A stretch of DNA of 64,000 nt from an uncultured Hormoscilla sp. Lineage in GTDB: Bacteria > Cyanobacteriota > Cyanobacteriia > Cyanobacteriales > Desertifilaceae. How positions within the stretch are numbered: position 1 is the stretch's first letter; every line of letters starts with the position of its first letter. This document shows, piece after piece, positions 60,527 to 64,000 of this stretch. Where the stretch lies: assembly GCA_963921275.4 (NCBI GenBank), contig OZ001293.3, positions 5,888,001 through 5,952,000 of the forward strand, given 5' to 3'. Under the pieces are notes generated by a model. It ran no database searches and was not told the DNA's origin. It saw only the letters and a program-made list of their open reading frames with translations. The translations under genes and the position numbers were made by a program.

Positions 60527-60657
60527 ATGGGTTCGGCTATGCGCTGCGCGCACGCTGCGCGGACGGCGTATCGCCCTTGAGACCTGTAGAGTTCTGCCAA
60601 ATTGTTGAAACTGGTGGCTACATCTGGATGTGCGGACCTCAGCAGTTGCTTTCTTTC
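60527..60657 (-). pseudogene. Isolated TPR repeat fragment
   Basis: One degenerate repeat carrying the same 24-nt insert as at 57670. Confidence 0.7.
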
Positions 60658-60754
60658 CGCTCGTCGTATCCCTTGCGGGAGCGCAGCGCAATCCCTTTCA
60701 AGGTATATACAGGTGAGCGTCGAGTCTGACAGTGGGCACGGCCCACTCTACTGG

Positions 60755-62343
60755 CTATAGATTAAAACTGCCGAAGCCTTTGTTGTTCTTGCTCTTTTTC
60801 TTTTTCTTCTTAGGAGTCCCGCCGCTGTAGCCCCACTCGTTAGATAACTCCCCTTGCCGATTTTTAAGAGCGACTTGCTGTAAAAACATCAGGTAGTTCT
60901 GCTGAAGTTTCTGAGTAAGGGGATGATCTTGTCCTAGTTGTGAAATCAGAATAGTTACAGCTTCCTTAAACAGGGGTTCGGCTTCGGCGTATCGCCCTTG
61001 GGAGGAGTAGAGTAAAGCCAGGTTGTTGAGACTGCCGGCCATATGGGGATGTGCGGACCCCAGCAGTTGCTTTCTCATCTCCAAGGCTTCCTTATGCAGG
61101 GGTTCGGCTTCTGCGTATCGTCCTTGGGAGTAGTAGAGTTCTGCCAGGCCGTTGAGACTGCTGGCCACATGGGGATGTGCGGACCCCAGTAGTTGCTTAG
61201 ACATCTCCAAGGCTTCCTTAAACAGGGGTTCGGCTTCGGCGTATCGCCCTTGGGAGTCGTAGAGTCCTGCCAGGTTGTTGAGACTGGTGGCCACATTGGG
61301 ATGTGCGGACCCCAGCAGTTGCTTCTGGATCTCCAAGGCTTCCAAATACAGGGGTTCGGCTTCGACGTATCGCCTTTGAGACCTGTAGAGTTCTGCCAGG
61401 TTGTTAAGACTGGCGGCCACATCTGGATGTGCGGACCCCAGCAGTTGCTTTCTCATCTCCAAGGCTTCCAAATACAGGGGTTCGGCTTCGGCGTATCGCC
61501 CTTGGTCCGAGTAGAGTACTGCCAGGTTGTTAAGACTGCCGGCCACATCTGGATGTGCGGACCCCAGCAGTTGCTTTCTCATCTCCAAGGCTTCCTTATA
61601 CAGAGGTTCGGCTTAAACAGGGGTTCGGCTTCGGCGTATCGCCCTTGGGAGTAGTAGAGTCCTGCCAGGTTGTTGAAACTGTTGGCCACATCTGGATGTG
61701 CGGACCCCAGCAGTTGCTTTCTCATCTCCAAGGCTTCCTTATACAGAGGTTCGGCTTCGGCGTATCGCCCTTGGGACTTGTAGAGTAAAGCCAGGTTGTT
61801 GAGACTGGTGGCCACATCGGGATGTTTCGACCCCAGCAGTTGCTTAGACATCTCCAAGGCTTCCTTATACAGGGGTTCGGCTTCGGCATATCGCCCTTGG
61901 AACCTGTAGAATTCTGCCAGGTTGTTGAGACTGGTGGCCACATCGGGATGTTTCGACCCCAGCAGTTGCTTAGACATCTCCAAGGCTTCCTTATACAGAG
62001 GTTCGGCGTCGGCGTATCGTCCTTGGGATTCGTATAGTCCTGCCAGGTTGTTGAGACTGGTGGCTACAGAAGGATGTGCGGACCCCAGCAGTTGCTTTTT
62101 CATCTCCAAGGCTTCCTTAAACAGGGGTTCAGCTTCGGCGTATCGCCCTTGGAACCTGTAGAGTACTGCCAGGTTGTTGAGACTGGTGGCCACATCGGGA
62201 TGTTTCGACCCCAGCAGTTGCTTAGACATCTCCAAGGCTTCGGTAAGCAGGGGTTCGGCTTCGGCGTATCGCCCTTGGGACATGTAGAGTTCTGCCCGGC
62301 TGTTGAGACTGGCCGTATAATCATTCGACGGTTCGTTTGTCAT
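60755..62343 (-). pseudogene. Kinesin-light-chain-type TPR protein, frameshifted by a 17-nt duplication
   Basis: About 11 42-aa repeats; GCCGAACC(C/T)CTGT(T/A)TAA is duplicated near 61597-61630; C-terminus KKKKKKSKNNKGFG. Confidence 0.9.
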
Positions 62344-62376
62344 ATCGTTCCTCCTTTGTAGATTTGTTAAGCATTA

Positions 62377-63388
62377 ACTCAAGTTGCGACCTATAAAAAT
62401 TGGATACAAAAAGCTATGATAAAGAGAATTATTTTCAACTCTAATCCCTTAGATGTAACAGCATGAATTGACTTGGGAAACAAATTGGTGATTCGACTAA
62501 AACAGGTTTCAACTTGTTTTCTTGTTACTTTTTGTATATATTCAAAACAAGAATATTCTTTTCTTTTTGAGTTCTTTTTTCGCAAAGGTTTTAACATTAT
62601 ACTTGACGACTCTTTTAGTAAATCCTCTAATTGATAATCATTATAAGCTTTATCTCCATAAACTATTGAATTTGATGGTAAGTCAAAGCCAAAAGATTGC
62701 AAAACTTTAACATCATTATAACTACCAGGATCTAGATAAAATTCTATTGGCTTTCCATTTTTGTTTACCAACATATGAACTCTTAATCCATAAAAATAAC
62801 GTTTTTTACTGGCAATATACCCTCGATATTCTTCCTTGTTATAAATTTGGCATCTATCAATCCTAATATTATCACATACTGGCACCGGGAAACTATCAAG
62901 AATATATTCTTGACCCGGATTGAGCTCTTTAAATGTTTGAGCTATAACTTGGAAGAAAAACATCCAAATTGGTTCGTCAATATTGTGTAATCGACGATTG
63001 AACCTACTTTTACTTAACAGATTTTTTATATACTTGTGTTCGACCATAAATTGACAAGAGCGATCGTGGTGTCCTCCGAAAAAATATGCAGCAACTAATC
63101 CGACTGTCATCACTTCGGCATTGTTCATTTTTACTTGTGGATCTTCTTTTATATTTAACGCTTTTAGTAGCTCGTCACAAAGAACAAAAATTGTTGTAAT
63201 CATATCTTCCATCATCTACATCCCCCAGCAATTAACTATTATTTTAGTACATTATAACCTATAAACAGCCAACCCGCCGTCTAGCACAAAAAAAATATAA
63301 TTTTGTATCAAAAGCTACGAAATATCCCAAATATCTGTAAAGTCTAAGTGGGTAATTCATATTTTTTTTAATAGGTCGCAACTTAGGT
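62377..63388 (-). mobile_element. IS982-family element, transposase intact (62391-63215)
   Basis: TIR AC(TC/CT)AAGTTGCGACCTAT; 9-bp TSD TAAGCATTA; LDSFPVPVC, YFYGLRVH, YGDKAY, RKQVETCFS. Confidence 0.95.
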
Positions 63389-63553
63389 TAAGCATTATAT
63401 GATTACGCTTCAACGAGGGCTAGTCCCTCTTCATCTCTGCTGTCCGATCGGCGACAGGCCCGAGTCTCTCTTAACACAGGTCTGTCTTCATGGTCTAACT
63501 TGAACCCTCATCATGGGTGGCCGGGGAGAATGAAACAGACATGCTGGCCTCTT

Positions 63554-63699
63554 GAGAGGTTTTAAACCCCAACCGAGAGGTCCAAAACCTCAACCGAGAG
63601 GTCCAAAACCTCAACTGAGAGGTCCAAAACCTCAACTGAGAGGTTTAAAACCCCAACCGAGAGGTTTAAACCTCAACCGAGAGGTCCAAAACCAGAACA
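63554..63699. repeat. 21-bp tandem array, 7 units
   Basis: Same consensus as 58194-58382, with a different order and number of variants. Confidence 0.95.
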
Positions 63700-63739
63700 A
63701 ACGGGTTTGCCGGTTGAGATCAAAGTCCCCTCCCCAGAA

Positions 63740-63968
63740 CTAAGACTCAGGCTGTTGTGACGCCCCACCGCTGGACTTGCGGGCGAACCGACGGGCCATA
63801 TCGTCTACCGCCGCTTCTAACCCCGCATCTCCCTTGATGGCCTTGGCATAGTTATAAACCGCCAACCATATAAGCCTCGCTTCCTGCCAAGGCGACTGTA
63901 TCGTCCAGAAGTTCTTGGAGTTGGCTCGAGGCCAAAGTAATAGGATAAAGGGCCTCGAACAACTCCAC
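63740..63968 (-). pseudogene. 3' half of a further copy of the 160-aa gene
   Basis: Colinear with about 58439-58670, with small deletions; replaced by unrelated sequence beyond about 63969. Confidence 0.85.
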
Positions 63969-64000
63969 AGTCTAGAAGAACCAACCGTAAGAATGTAAAC

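Noticed and set aside
60755..62343. Diversity-generating retroelement acting on the TPR or HEAT repeats
   Set aside because: There is no RT gene in the window, and I saw no template/variable pair with adenine-specific differences.

Overview
Chromosomal window from a filamentous cyanobacterium (abundant HIP1 GCGATCGC, heptamer STRR tracts, Uma2/DUF29 genes, glgA, hmpF) that is undergoing heavy decay. Intact core genes (hemC, glgA, ligA, mnmG, prolyl oligopeptidase, tilS) sit among many pseudogenes, IS elements (ISL3, IS1182-like, IS630, IS4, IS5, IS982), MITEs and very short palindromic insertions. This pattern would fit a host-associated lineage, but that is inference. Main observations: (1) Six copies of one group II intron family with no RT ORF in any visible part. 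The four copies whose EBS1 guide is visible each have a different one that pairs with their own insertion site. One copy is a twintron that also carries an IS4, all nested in pstA. 3' ends appear to be non-AY in two copies. (2) A repeated cassette made of a ~160-aa helical protein of unknown function, an array of palindromic 21-bp units and a conserved non-coding tail (3 copies), plus two orphan 21-bp arrays of a second sequence family. (3) A small helical protein and an adjacent NLR-like HEAT protein that share a 22-aa motif, resembling bacterial amyloid signalling. (4) Several independent lesions in the Hmp/Pil chemosensory motility cluster. (5) Frame-preserving 15-24-nt and nested micro-elements. 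No CRISPR array, tRNA or rRNA was seen. All calls come from reading the sequence by eye; no searches were run.
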